The notes under the pieces were generated by a model, which made no database searches, was not told the origin of the DNA, and worked only from the letters and a program-made list of their open reading frames with translations. A program made the position numbers and the translations under genes. A stretch of DNA of 32,000 bases from Sedimentisphaera cyanobacteriorum (GTDB lineage: Bacteria; Planctomycetota; Phycisphaerae; Sedimentisphaerales; Sedimentisphaeraceae): the NCBI RefSeq assembly GCF_001997385.1, contig NZ_CP019633.1, forward strand, positions 510,001 through 542,000, in the 5' to 3' direction. Every line of letters begins with the position of its first letter. Within the stretch, counting starts at the first letter, position 1. Below are positions 8,916-18,132 of this stretch, piece after piece.

Positions 8916-8971
8916 AAATTCCGCAAGTAAAGTTTTTATATTAATGCACTTCTTCACTGAAAGAATTATCT

Positions 8972-10774
8972 ATGTTCACTAAGCTATTTTCTTTTATTAG
9001 CATATTTGCAGTTTCGTTTACTGCCGTTTCGCAGGCATCAACACCGTGGCTTCACTGGAAACTCGATGAACCTTCCGGCAGGGCTGCCTCAGATTCAAGC
9101 GGACACCGAAGGGAAGCATCGCTTTTCGGACAGACCTTTGAAGACAATTCATCCGAAGGTGTAATTGGCTCTTCCCTTTCCTTTGACGGCAGCTCAGAGT
9201 CCGCTTCATATCATTTTTCTTCCACCGAGTTTGAGGAATATACAATTTGTTTCTGGGTTAAAGCTGCAAGCCTTTCCCAAAAGCAGTACTGCGCGCCGCT
9301 TAATACTTACGGCTCTTCCACCAACGGCTTTCAGATTGATGTAGATGGCAGCAGCCCGGGAAATTACAGGTATATCAGCGGCAGCGGTGATATAATAATG
9401 GGCTCAGCTCAAAAGCAATGGGTACACCTTGCCGTATCAGGAACTGAGAGCGAGACAAAAGTTTACTATAACGGCAGCTTTGAAGGTTCAAAGACCCTGA
9501 GCGATAATATTTTCAACCAAATAGCGCTAGGTGTAAACAGGAACGGCAGCAGATTTTTCAATGGATATATTGATGATGTGCAGATGTATGACAGAAAGCT
9601 CAGCAACAGTGAGATACATTACATCTACGCAAACCCGGGAGAAGTGGTTTCGCCTGAGCCTGCTGTATATAATATCACGCCGGGTGATGGGGAAGCAGGC
9701 TTTCCCTGTGATGCTAATCTGAGCTGGGATACTGCGGGCTGTTATCTTTTCGAGCCGAAATTCGATATTTATCTTGGGCAGTCTGCAGAGTCTCTTGAGA
9801 AGATTCGAAGCAGTTATGAGAGTATGTCTTTGGATTATCCTTTATCCGCAGGGAATCGTTATTACTGGCGGATTGATATTATTGATGACAATGACAGCGT
9901 CCATCAGGGCAGCTTGATGAGCTTCGTAACATTCAGCAAAGACCTGGAATTGCTCAGTTTGGGGCTAAACAGCTTTTCTCAGTCTGCTGATTTGTATCAA
10001 ACTTCAGACAGCTCGGTTTTTGACAACGAGGCTTATATTTCCCAAGCACCTCAGCTCGAGGACGGAGTAAGCGGGAAAGCTGTTAGATTTACCAAAGACA
10101 GCAGAAACAAACTAAGCTGTACGCTCGCCCAGAAATCTTTTGCAGAAGGCGAAGAATGGTCTATGAATCTGTTTTTGAAAATCGATGCTGAAAATGATGC
10201 ATTTACCAGGGTGATTGGCCTCGGCCCTCAAACCCGTCAAGGGCTCTATATCCTTGATGATTTCAGGGTGGGCTTTATTTATGATATGGATTACATCGCC
10301 AAAGGCAGTTCAAGACTTGTGCCAGAGAGATGGTATATGGTTAGTGTGGTAAAGAGCGGCGATAAGATAAAGCTGTATGTCAACGGAAGATTGGAATCCG
10401 GCGGAGCTTATGAAAATCTGAAAAACGAAGATTACGGTTTCCTTCCCTACTATTCGGAGTTTACGCAGTTTCAGGGTGCAGTAGATGAGTTTAAGATATT
10501 TGCAGGGGCCATAAACGAATCTGATATCAAGCAGGAGGTTCAGCTCCTTGCAGGTAATACTGAGCTCAGCTCAAATTTTTCTCCGCATAGAAATATATTA
10601 TCAGTTTTTGCATCTGAATGGCTCAGCGGGGTTTCAGCTGCTCAGGTGAGCTCCTCAGGAAATTTAAGCTTGTATTCAGATTTTTGCAGTTATGCAAGTG
10701 ATTATAACTGGGATAATAAAGTAGATATCTTGGATTATTCTGTTTACGCCTTCAACAGAAGCATTTTGAAATAA
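8972..10774 (+). CDS. Secreted protein with two LamG domains separated by an FN3/Ig-like module, plus a short dockerin-like C-terminal tag
   Basis: Signal peptide MFTKLFSFISIFAVSFTAVSQA. First LamG: LHWKLDEPSGRAASDSSG...WVHLAVSG...VYYNG...IDDVQMYDRKL. Middle module: ITPGDGEAGFP..LSWD...YYWRIDI. Second LamG: WYMVSVVKSGDKIKLYVNG...VDEFKIFAG. C-terminus: NWDNKVDILDYSVYAF. Confidence 0.75.
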   Translation: MFTKLFSFISIFAVSFTAVSQASTPWLHWKLDEPSGRAASDSSGHRREASLFGQTFEDNSSEGVIGSSLSFDGSSESASYHFSSTEFEEYTICFWVKAASLSQKQYCAPLNTYGSSTNGFQIDVDGSSPGNYRYISGSGDIIMGSAQKQWVHLAVSGTESETKVYYNGSFEGSKTLSDNIFNQIALGVNRNGSRFFNGYIDDVQMYDRKLSNSEIHYIYANPGEVVSPEPAVYNITPGDGEAGFPCDANLSWDTAGCYLFEPKFDIYLGQSAESLEKIRSSYESMSLDYPLSAGNRYYWRIDIIDDNDSVHQGSLMSFVTFSKDLELLSLGLNSFSQSADLYQTSDSSVFDNEAYISQAPQLEDGVSGKAVRFTKDSRNKLSCTLAQKSFAEGEEWSMNLFLKIDAENDAFTRVIGLGPQTRQGLYILDDFRVGFIYDMDYIAKGSSRLVPERWYMVSVVKSGDKIKLYVNGRLESGGAYENLKNEDYGFLPYYSEFTQFQGAVDEFKIFAGAINESDIKQEVQLLAGNTELSSNFSPHRNILSVFASEWLSGVSAAQVSSSGNLSLYSDFCSYASDYNWDNKVDILDYSVYAFNRSILK

Positions 10775-10784
10775 AGGAAAATAA

Positions 10785-12251
10785 ATGAAACGAAGAGATT
10801 TCTTTAAGTGCCTCGGCGCTTTCGGTGCGGTATGTCTCTCTCCCGAGTTTTCATTGAGTGAAAATTCTGCAGAAAACTTTTCAAAGCCGAATATAGTACT
10901 AATGCATATTGACGACCTCGGCTGGGCGGATGTAGGCTATAAGGCCCCTCATAATTATTATGAAACGCCCAACATTGATGCACTTAAACAGTCTGGAATG
11001 GAATTCAATAACGGCTATGCCGCAGCAGCTCTCTGCTCTCCGACAAGAGCCGCTCTTATGACAGGCAGGTATCCCGCGAGGACGGGAGTAACCAATTTTA
11101 TCAGCAGACCCAATGTTACCGAAAACCCCGAGGGCTACATCAGCTCTCCCTCAATGGAGTACAAAACTCCGAAAAGGTATCAGTTTATGGAGCTTGAAGA
11201 AATTACTATTCCTGAAATCCTTGCCCCTGCAGGTTATGATACCTACCACCTTGGTAAATGGCATTTGGGAACATCAGACCCATACACGCCGGATAAACAG
11301 GGTTTTGAGGTTCAGATGATGGGCGAATGCCACAGGGATTATTTCGACCCATACGACTGCGACTCCCTGCCAGACCGCAAGGAAGGGGAATACCTTACAG
11401 ACAGGCTTACTGATGAGGCCGAAAATTTGATGCGAAGTTCTATAGATAACGGAAAGCCGTTCTTTCTTCATTTAGCCCATCATGCAGTTCATACGCCTAT
11501 CAGGGCAAGGCAGGACTATATAGACTATTTCAAGGCCAAGCCAAAGCCATCCGGCTGGGAACACCTTGACCCTGTCCATGCGGCTATGATTAAAAGCGTA
11601 GATGATTCGGTGGGGGATATTATCTCTAAAATCGATGATTTAGGTATTGCTGATAATACTTTTGTAATCTTCACCTCAGACAACGGCGGACATCAGCCGG
11701 TTGCAGACAATACCCCGCTGAGAGAAGGGAAACGATGGCCTTATGAAGGCGGAATACGTGAGCCCTGGCTGTTCAGATGGGACGGGGTTATACCAGCTGG
11801 TTCTGTTTGCGAGTATCCGATATGCAGTATTGATGTGCTGCCTACAGTATGCGATTTTGCTGGTGCAAATCTGCCTTCCGGGGTTGATATTGACGGAGTA
11901 AGCATTACTTCGCTTCTTAAAAATCAGCAGCAGATTCCGGAAAGAGATATGTTCTGGTATTTCCCGCATTACATCTCTGACTACACTGGCGAAATAGCCC
12001 CGTTTGCTGTGATTCGAAGCGGGAAGTGGAAGATGATTAGGTGGTATGATTCTGATAAGCCCAGCGAGCTTTATAATCTCGAAGAGGATCTTTCTGAAAC
12101 AAATGACTGCGCGAGTTTATACCCTGATAAGGTTTTAGATTTCGAACTGCGAATCGAAAATTGGATAATGGAAGTGGACGCAAAGAGACCGCTTAAAAAT
12201 GAAAATTATGATGACGGCCGACCGGGAAAAGAAAACGTATTCATTGGCTAA
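10785..12251 (+). CDS. Formylglycine-dependent (Cys-type, family S1) sulfatase with a Tat-like signal peptide
   Basis: Canonical CSPTRAALMTGRYP sulfatase signature. Metal-binding residues are present in MHIDDLGWADVG, with GKWHLG and FTSDNGG also present. The N-terminus MKRRDFFKCLGAFGAV is a twin-arginine motif. The start lies 10 nt after the upstream stop, which suggests an operon. Confidence 0.9.
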   Translation: MKRRDFFKCLGAFGAVCLSPEFSLSENSAENFSKPNIVLMHIDDLGWADVGYKAPHNYYETPNIDALKQSGMEFNNGYAAAALCSPTRAALMTGRYPARTGVTNFISRPNVTENPEGYISSPSMEYKTPKRYQFMELEEITIPEILAPAGYDTYHLGKWHLGTSDPYTPDKQGFEVQMMGECHRDYFDPYDCDSLPDRKEGEYLTDRLTDEAENLMRSSIDNGKPFFLHLAHHAVHTPIRARQDYIDYFKAKPKPSGWEHLDPVHAAMIKSVDDSVGDIISKIDDLGIADNTFVIFTSDNGGHQPVADNTPLREGKRWPYEGGIREPWLFRWDGVIPAGSVCEYPICSIDVLPTVCDFAGANLPSGVDIDGVSITSLLKNQQQIPERDMFWYFPHYISDYTGEIAPFAVIRSGKWKMIRWYDSDKPSELYNLEEDLSETNDCASLYPDKVLDFELRIENWIMEVDAKRPLKNENYDDGRPGKENVFIG

Positions 12252-12277
12252 AAGATTAGATTTAAAAGGCTTTCAAA

Positions 12278-15217
12278 ATGAAATATTATAAAATCAATAA
12301 AGTTTCAGGCGTATTTTTGTGCATTTCTGTTTTATTATTAACTGCCTGCTGCGGTACAGCATCAGCTTCTACTCAGATTAATGTCGATTCTTCAGATACC
12401 GGCAGGAGATACGACGGAATTGGAGTGGTCTCGGCAGGGGGGAATGCCAGGCTCCTGCCAGATTACGAAGAGCCGTATAAAAGCGATATACTTGATTTGC
12501 TCTTCAAACCCAAATTCGGGGCTTCTCTTCAGGTTTTCAAGGCCGAGATGGGCGGGAGCACAAGCTCTACCTCCGGTGCAGAGCCTACTCATGCAATTAC
12601 CCGCGAAGAGCTTGATTCGCCTGTATCAAGAGGCTATGAGTTTTGGATGATGCGGGAGGCTAAAGACAGAAATTCCGAGATTATGCTTGGCTGTCTGCCA
12701 TGGGCATATCCATACTGGGTTAATGGTGAAGAGTGTATAAGCTGTTTTTGCTGCCCAACTCAGGACGCTGCGGATTATTATGTCTCGTTTTTAGACCTTG
12801 CCGCAGACGAATGGGGGCTTAGCTTTGACTTTATAGGGGCTCCTCAAAATGAAAAAAATATGGAATACCCCCAAGATTTGGACTGGATTGCCAACACCCT
12901 AAAGCCAACGCTGGTTGAGGCAGGTTACGATTTGCCGATTATCGCTCCTGACGGCGGCTATCACGCATTGGATGTGTTCGACCATTTAGGAGACGACCCT
13001 GCTTATGATGAGGTTATTGAGTATGTAGGGGTTCACAGGCCGATACAGAAGGACAGAATGCCTACACAGTCTATGATAAATTCCGGCAAAACACTCTGGG
13101 ACAGTGAAGATTCTGCTGGAACAGGATACTGGAGCGGTGCGAAAGGTATAGTTCAAAGAATGAATCAAATGTACATTGATGGACGCATTACTCAGATGCT
13201 TATCTGGCCGCCGGTCGATGCGGCCTATGAAGGAGTGCACTGCTCGAATACAGGCCTGATTAAAACTCAAACGCCATGGTCCGGATATTACAGAGTTTCT
13301 CCGTCTGTATGGGCAGTTGCTCATTACACTCAGTTCACTGAATTAGGCTGGAAATATATGAACAATGCCTGCGGCAAACTTTCCGGCGATGGAAATTTTG
13401 CAGCCTTGAAATCACCAGACTCTCAAGATTTTTCCGTGGTGGTTTATTCCGACAATTCCGAACAACTGGATTTTGATTTATCCGGCTTCACCGATGATAA
13501 AGTAAGCGTTTGGAGAACTCAAAAAAACAGATCGTTTATCCGTATGAATGATATTCCCGTGTCTTCAGGCAGCTTCTCTCTGAGCTGTGAGCCTGATTCG
13601 ATTTATACAATTTCCACTACTTCTGGGCAAACTAAAGGCTCTCCGTCCAATTCAATCCCAGAGTATGAGGATTTCCCATTTCCCTATTCGGAAAACTTTG
13701 AAAAATATGCCGAAGGCGAAACTCCTGATTACCTTGCAGATATGCAGGGTACATTTGAAACAGCACCTTCGAAGGGGGGAAGAAGCGGAATTTCACTTCA
13801 GCAGATACTCCCCGCCATGGGCGATTATACTTGGATTTACACAGGAGAAGAGCCGAATACTGCAATGACGCTTTTCGGAGAGATGCAGTGGAGCAATTAC
13901 GAATTCTCCTCGGATGTCTTCATAGAACAGGGATTTGTTTATGTTGCCGCACGAAAGGGTGAAACCCAGAAACACGCAGGTTATGCGCTTGTTTTATACA
14001 AAAACGGAAAATGGAAACTCAGCTTCGACAATGCTTTAGAAAAGGACAGTGTATTAGTAAGCGGAACAGTTTCGGGTTTTGACGGTGATATCTGGCATAA
14101 TCTGAAAATTCGTGTGGCTGAAAACAAACTCGCAGGTTATCTTGACGGCCGCAGACTCTTTACTATTGAGGATGCTTCCAGAGATAAAGGTCAGCCTTGT
14201 TTAGGCTCCAGTTTCGATATGAATCAATTTGATAATCTTCAAATCAAAAATACCGGCAGATGGAAGGTGGTAGACAATACATCCCAAGATATCAGCTGGG
14301 ACGGCTGGTATACTTACAGTACTGAGGAATTTATTGGCGGTAATTCTCATTACACAAGAGGGGGCGACGATTCATCTACTTTCACCTTTAACGGCAGGGC
14401 AGCGAGAATTTACGGCTCTTTAAGGAATGATGCGGGAATTTTTGAGGTCTATATTGGTGAAGAAAAGGATGCTGAAATCGACTGTTTCAGTGAGCAGAGG
14501 CAGCATAGTTCATTGCTTTATGAAACCCCGTATATGCCTTCAGGAAATCACACTGTCAGCATTTCGACTACCGGCGAGAAGAATTCTCAAAGCAGCGGAA
14601 ATGCTGTTGTGATTGATGCCTTTGCTTATACGGATAAATTGCCCTGCAATGAAAATGAGCTTCCAAATCTCAGCTTATCTTCCTCGGCATCGGCTTCAAG
14701 CGAATGGAACAGCGATTACAGCGCTTCCAAGGCCTGCGACGAAAACACGGAAACCAGATGGAACAGCAGCATGGAGGATGAAGTAAACGGGTCATGGCTC
14801 GCTCTTTCATTCCCGCAGCCTGTTGTTATATCATCGGTCAAACTCAGTGAATTTCAGGATAGAGTGCTGTCCCATAAAATTCAATATTACCAAGGAGGCT
14901 GGAAAGACCTTTCGCAAGCTGGTAATATTGGAGACCTTAAAGTTCACCTCTTCGATCCAGTAAGAACCTTAAAAGTACGTCTGCTTATAACTGAGGCGCA
15001 AACGGTTCCGAGCATTTATGAATTTGAGGTTTTCCCGCCTCTGAGTGATTTCAACAGGGACGGGAAGGTTAATCGTATGGATGTGTACAATTTATCGCAA
15101 AACTGGCTTATAAACAGCTGCAATAATGACTGCGAGTGCGGATTCTGTGATATTCTGCACGACAGCAATGTTGATTTTTTAGACTTTTCCGCGTTTTCTT
15201 CAGATTTCAGAATCTGA
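12278..15217 (+). CDS. GH59 beta-galactosidase (galactocerebrosidase-like) with a GALC-type lectin domain, an extra beta-sandwich module, an F5/8-type-C (discoidin) domain and a dockerin-like C-terminus
   Basis: The N-terminal region parallels human GALC as I recall it: YDGIGVVSAGGNARLLPDYEEPYKSDILDLLFKPKFGASLQVFKAEMGG...GAEPTH; RGYEFWMMREAKDRN. Candidate catalytic positions are NE in GAPQNEKN and E in LWDSEDS, with PWSGYYRVSPSVWAVAHYTQFT also matching. The lectin domain ends in FDMNQFDNLQIKN. The discoidin block reads ACDENTETRWNS...IYEFEVF. The C-terminus carries DFNRDGKVN and DSNVDFLDF. Confidence 0.85.
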   Translation: MKYYKINKVSGVFLCISVLLLTACCGTASASTQINVDSSDTGRRYDGIGVVSAGGNARLLPDYEEPYKSDILDLLFKPKFGASLQVFKAEMGGSTSSTSGAEPTHAITREELDSPVSRGYEFWMMREAKDRNSEIMLGCLPWAYPYWVNGEECISCFCCPTQDAADYYVSFLDLAADEWGLSFDFIGAPQNEKNMEYPQDLDWIANTLKPTLVEAGYDLPIIAPDGGYHALDVFDHLGDDPAYDEVIEYVGVHRPIQKDRMPTQSMINSGKTLWDSEDSAGTGYWSGAKGIVQRMNQMYIDGRITQMLIWPPVDAAYEGVHCSNTGLIKTQTPWSGYYRVSPSVWAVAHYTQFTELGWKYMNNACGKLSGDGNFAALKSPDSQDFSVVVYSDNSEQLDFDLSGFTDDKVSVWRTQKNRSFIRMNDIPVSSGSFSLSCEPDSIYTISTTSGQTKGSPSNSIPEYEDFPFPYSENFEKYAEGETPDYLADMQGTFETAPSKGGRSGISLQQILPAMGDYTWIYTGEEPNTAMTLFGEMQWSNYEFSSDVFIEQGFVYVAARKGETQKHAGYALVLYKNGKWKLSFDNALEKDSVLVSGTVSGFDGDIWHNLKIRVAENKLAGYLDGRRLFTIEDASRDKGQPCLGSSFDMNQFDNLQIKNTGRWKVVDNTSQDISWDGWYTYSTEEFIGGNSHYTRGGDDSSTFTFNGRAARIYGSLRNDAGIFEVYIGEEKDAEIDCFSEQRQHSSLLYETPYMPSGNHTVSISTTGEKNSQSSGNAVVIDAFAYTDKLPCNENELPNLSLSSSASASSEWNSDYSASKACDENTETRWNSSMEDEVNGSWLALSFPQPVVISSVKLSEFQDRVLSHKIQYYQGGWKDLSQAGNIGDLKVHLFDPVRTLKVRLLITEAQTVPSIYEFEVFPPLSDFNRDGKVNRMDVYNLSQNWLINSCNNDCECGFCDILHDSNVDFLDFSAFSSDFRI

Positions 15218-15343
15218 TAAACCTGCCCCCGCAAACATTTCTTTACTCTAGCCGAGTTCTCTGCCTCACTCTTATTTGAATCCTTCAATTTTAGCCGGTT
15301 TTATATCTATCCTCCTGCCAACTTGACAGTTGCAATCTGCGTT

Positions 15344-15365
15344 TGAGACTTAATTCTGAGTCTCA
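15344..15365 (+). promoter_or_regulatory. Inverted repeat TGAGACT-N8-AGTCTCA upstream of groES; candidate operator
   Basis: Perfect 7-bp arms at 15344-15350 and 15359-15365, 16 nt downstream of a TTGACA hexamer (15323-15328) and about 135 nt upstream of the groES ATG. The architecture is CIRCE-like, but the sequence does not match the CIRCE consensus TTAGCACTC-N9-GAGTGCTAA. Confidence 0.3.
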
Positions 15366-15499
15366 GTTTAGCTAAGTTGTTGTTTTAGAATATCTTGCGA
15401 AAATTCTGCGCAGATTCAAGAATTATGGCATATTTGTTGCTAATTTTCCAGCAGGTATTTATGAATATTAACTTATAAATTAATAGGAGTTTAATACAG

Positions 15500-15790
15500 A
15501 TGAAGCTTAAACCACTATCAGACAATGTTTTACTTAAAAGAGTAGAAGAGTCTGCGGTAACTGCCGGCGGAATTGTACTGCCTGATTCTGCTAAGGAAAA
15601 ATCCAGCAGAGGCGAGGTTATTTCAACCGGCCCCGGCAAGCTCAACGATGATGGAAGCAGATCAGAGATGAAGGTGAAAAAAGGTGATGTAGTGATCTTC
15701 GAAAGCTATGCCCCCAGAGAGGTAAAGCTGGACGGAGAAGAGTATTTAATTGTAGATCAGTCCAGCATTATTGCTGTTGTAGAAGACTGA
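15500..15790 (+). CDS. groES: Co-chaperonin GroES
   Basis: 96 aa. MKLKPLSDNVLLKRVEE...TAGGIVLPDSAKEK...GEVISTGPG is a classic Cpn10 sequence. An AGGAG RBS is present and the gene lies directly upstream of groEL. Confidence 0.97.
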   Translation: MKLKPLSDNVLLKRVEESAVTAGGIVLPDSAKEKSSRGEVISTGPGKLNDDGSRSEMKVKKGDVVIFESYAPREVKLDGEEYLIVDQSSIIAVVED

Positions 15791-15841
15791 ATCGGTAAGC
15801 TAAATTTGATTTAAAAAGCTTTATAGCTGGAGGATTAATAA

Positions 15842-17470
<1,629 letters not shown>

Positions 17471-17482
17471 TGAATCAAATCG

Positions 17483-17512
17483 GCGGGGCAGATTTCTTGC
17501 CCCGCTTTTTTT
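17483..17512 (+). terminator. Rho-independent terminator after groEL
   Basis: GCGGGGCA (17483-17490), a 7-nt loop, then TGCCCCGC (17498-17505), followed by a T7 run. Confidence 0.85.
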
Positions 17513-17586
17513 CTTGATAATTTATCAGTGCTGCGTTAAGCTTTTGCAGAAGATAACAGATTAAAGCGGAGGAAGGGAGATAAAAA

Positions 17587-17871
17587 TTGAGATCGGATTT
17601 TAAATTTTATTCAGATATTATAGGCAATGCAACCAAGAAGGTTGCAGGGATATTCCTTGCAGTTGGCTTGGCACTTCTCGGCTTCAGCATACTTCTTTTC
17701 GTCTTCAAAATGGTATTTATTTTCATTGCAGCTGCTGTATTTATCGCAGCTGGTATTTGGTGTGTTGGAACGGCCATAAAGATTTTTATGAGCGTAGGCG
17801 GCTCTAAATACAGAGATTCCGAGCAAACCGAGTATCGCGAAAACGTACGAATCCATTATCATGACAGGTAA
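17587..17871 (+). CDS. Small hypothetical membrane protein with two predicted TM helices
   Basis: 94-aa ORF with a TTG start preceded by GGAGGAAGGGAGA. It has two long hydrophobic stretches (GIFLAVGLALLGFSILLFVF, FIFIAAAVFIAAGIWCVGTAI). No family was recognised and the start codon is non-canonical. Confidence 0.4.
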   Translation: MRSDFKFYSDIIGNATKKVAGIFLAVGLALLGFSILLFVFKMVFIFIAAAVFIAAGIWCVGTAIKIFMSVGGSKYRDSEQTEYRENVRIHYHDR

Positions 17872-18016
17872 AATCAGCAGTCAATTACACGCATCTGAAT
17901 CGTAAGGGCTGCCATCTATCTTCTAATTTCCCGTCATCTGCACAAAGCTTTTAAACCTGAATTTTTCTGCCGCGATCGAATCCGAGTACCATAGAGTGGT
18001 ATAATAAATTAAACAG

Positions 18017-18056
18017 GATTAAACTGCCGAGTGCTTAGACTTGCAGCAGTTTAATC
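18017..18056. terminator. Hairpin with an 11-bp perfect stem between convergent genes; candidate bidirectional terminator
   Basis: GATTAAACTGC (18017-18027) pairs with GCAGTTTAATC (18046-18056) across an 18-nt loop. T-rich sequence follows on the plus strand (ACTTCTTATTTTA) and on the minus strand (CCTGTTTAATTTATTAT). It sits between the stops at 17871 (+) and 18133 (-). Confidence 0.45.
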
Positions 18057-18132
18057 ACTTCTTATTTTACAGCCCAGCTCCTTCAATTGTTTTTCTCATT
18101 GCCGATTGTATCAATCAAAGAAAGCTTTAACG

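Noticed and set aside
8893-8935. ATGCGG...T-run...CCGCAAG, which resembles the 33-nt upstream motif
   Set aside because: The TGCGG here is the descending arm of the strong terminator hairpin at 8885-8905. The spacing and the remaining positions do not match the motif.
15218-15499. Search for a canonical CIRCE element (TTAGCACTC-N9-GAGTGCTAA) or a sigma32-type promoter upstream of groES
   Set aside because: No acceptable match was found by eye. Only the unrelated inverted repeat at 15344-15365 is reported, at low confidence.
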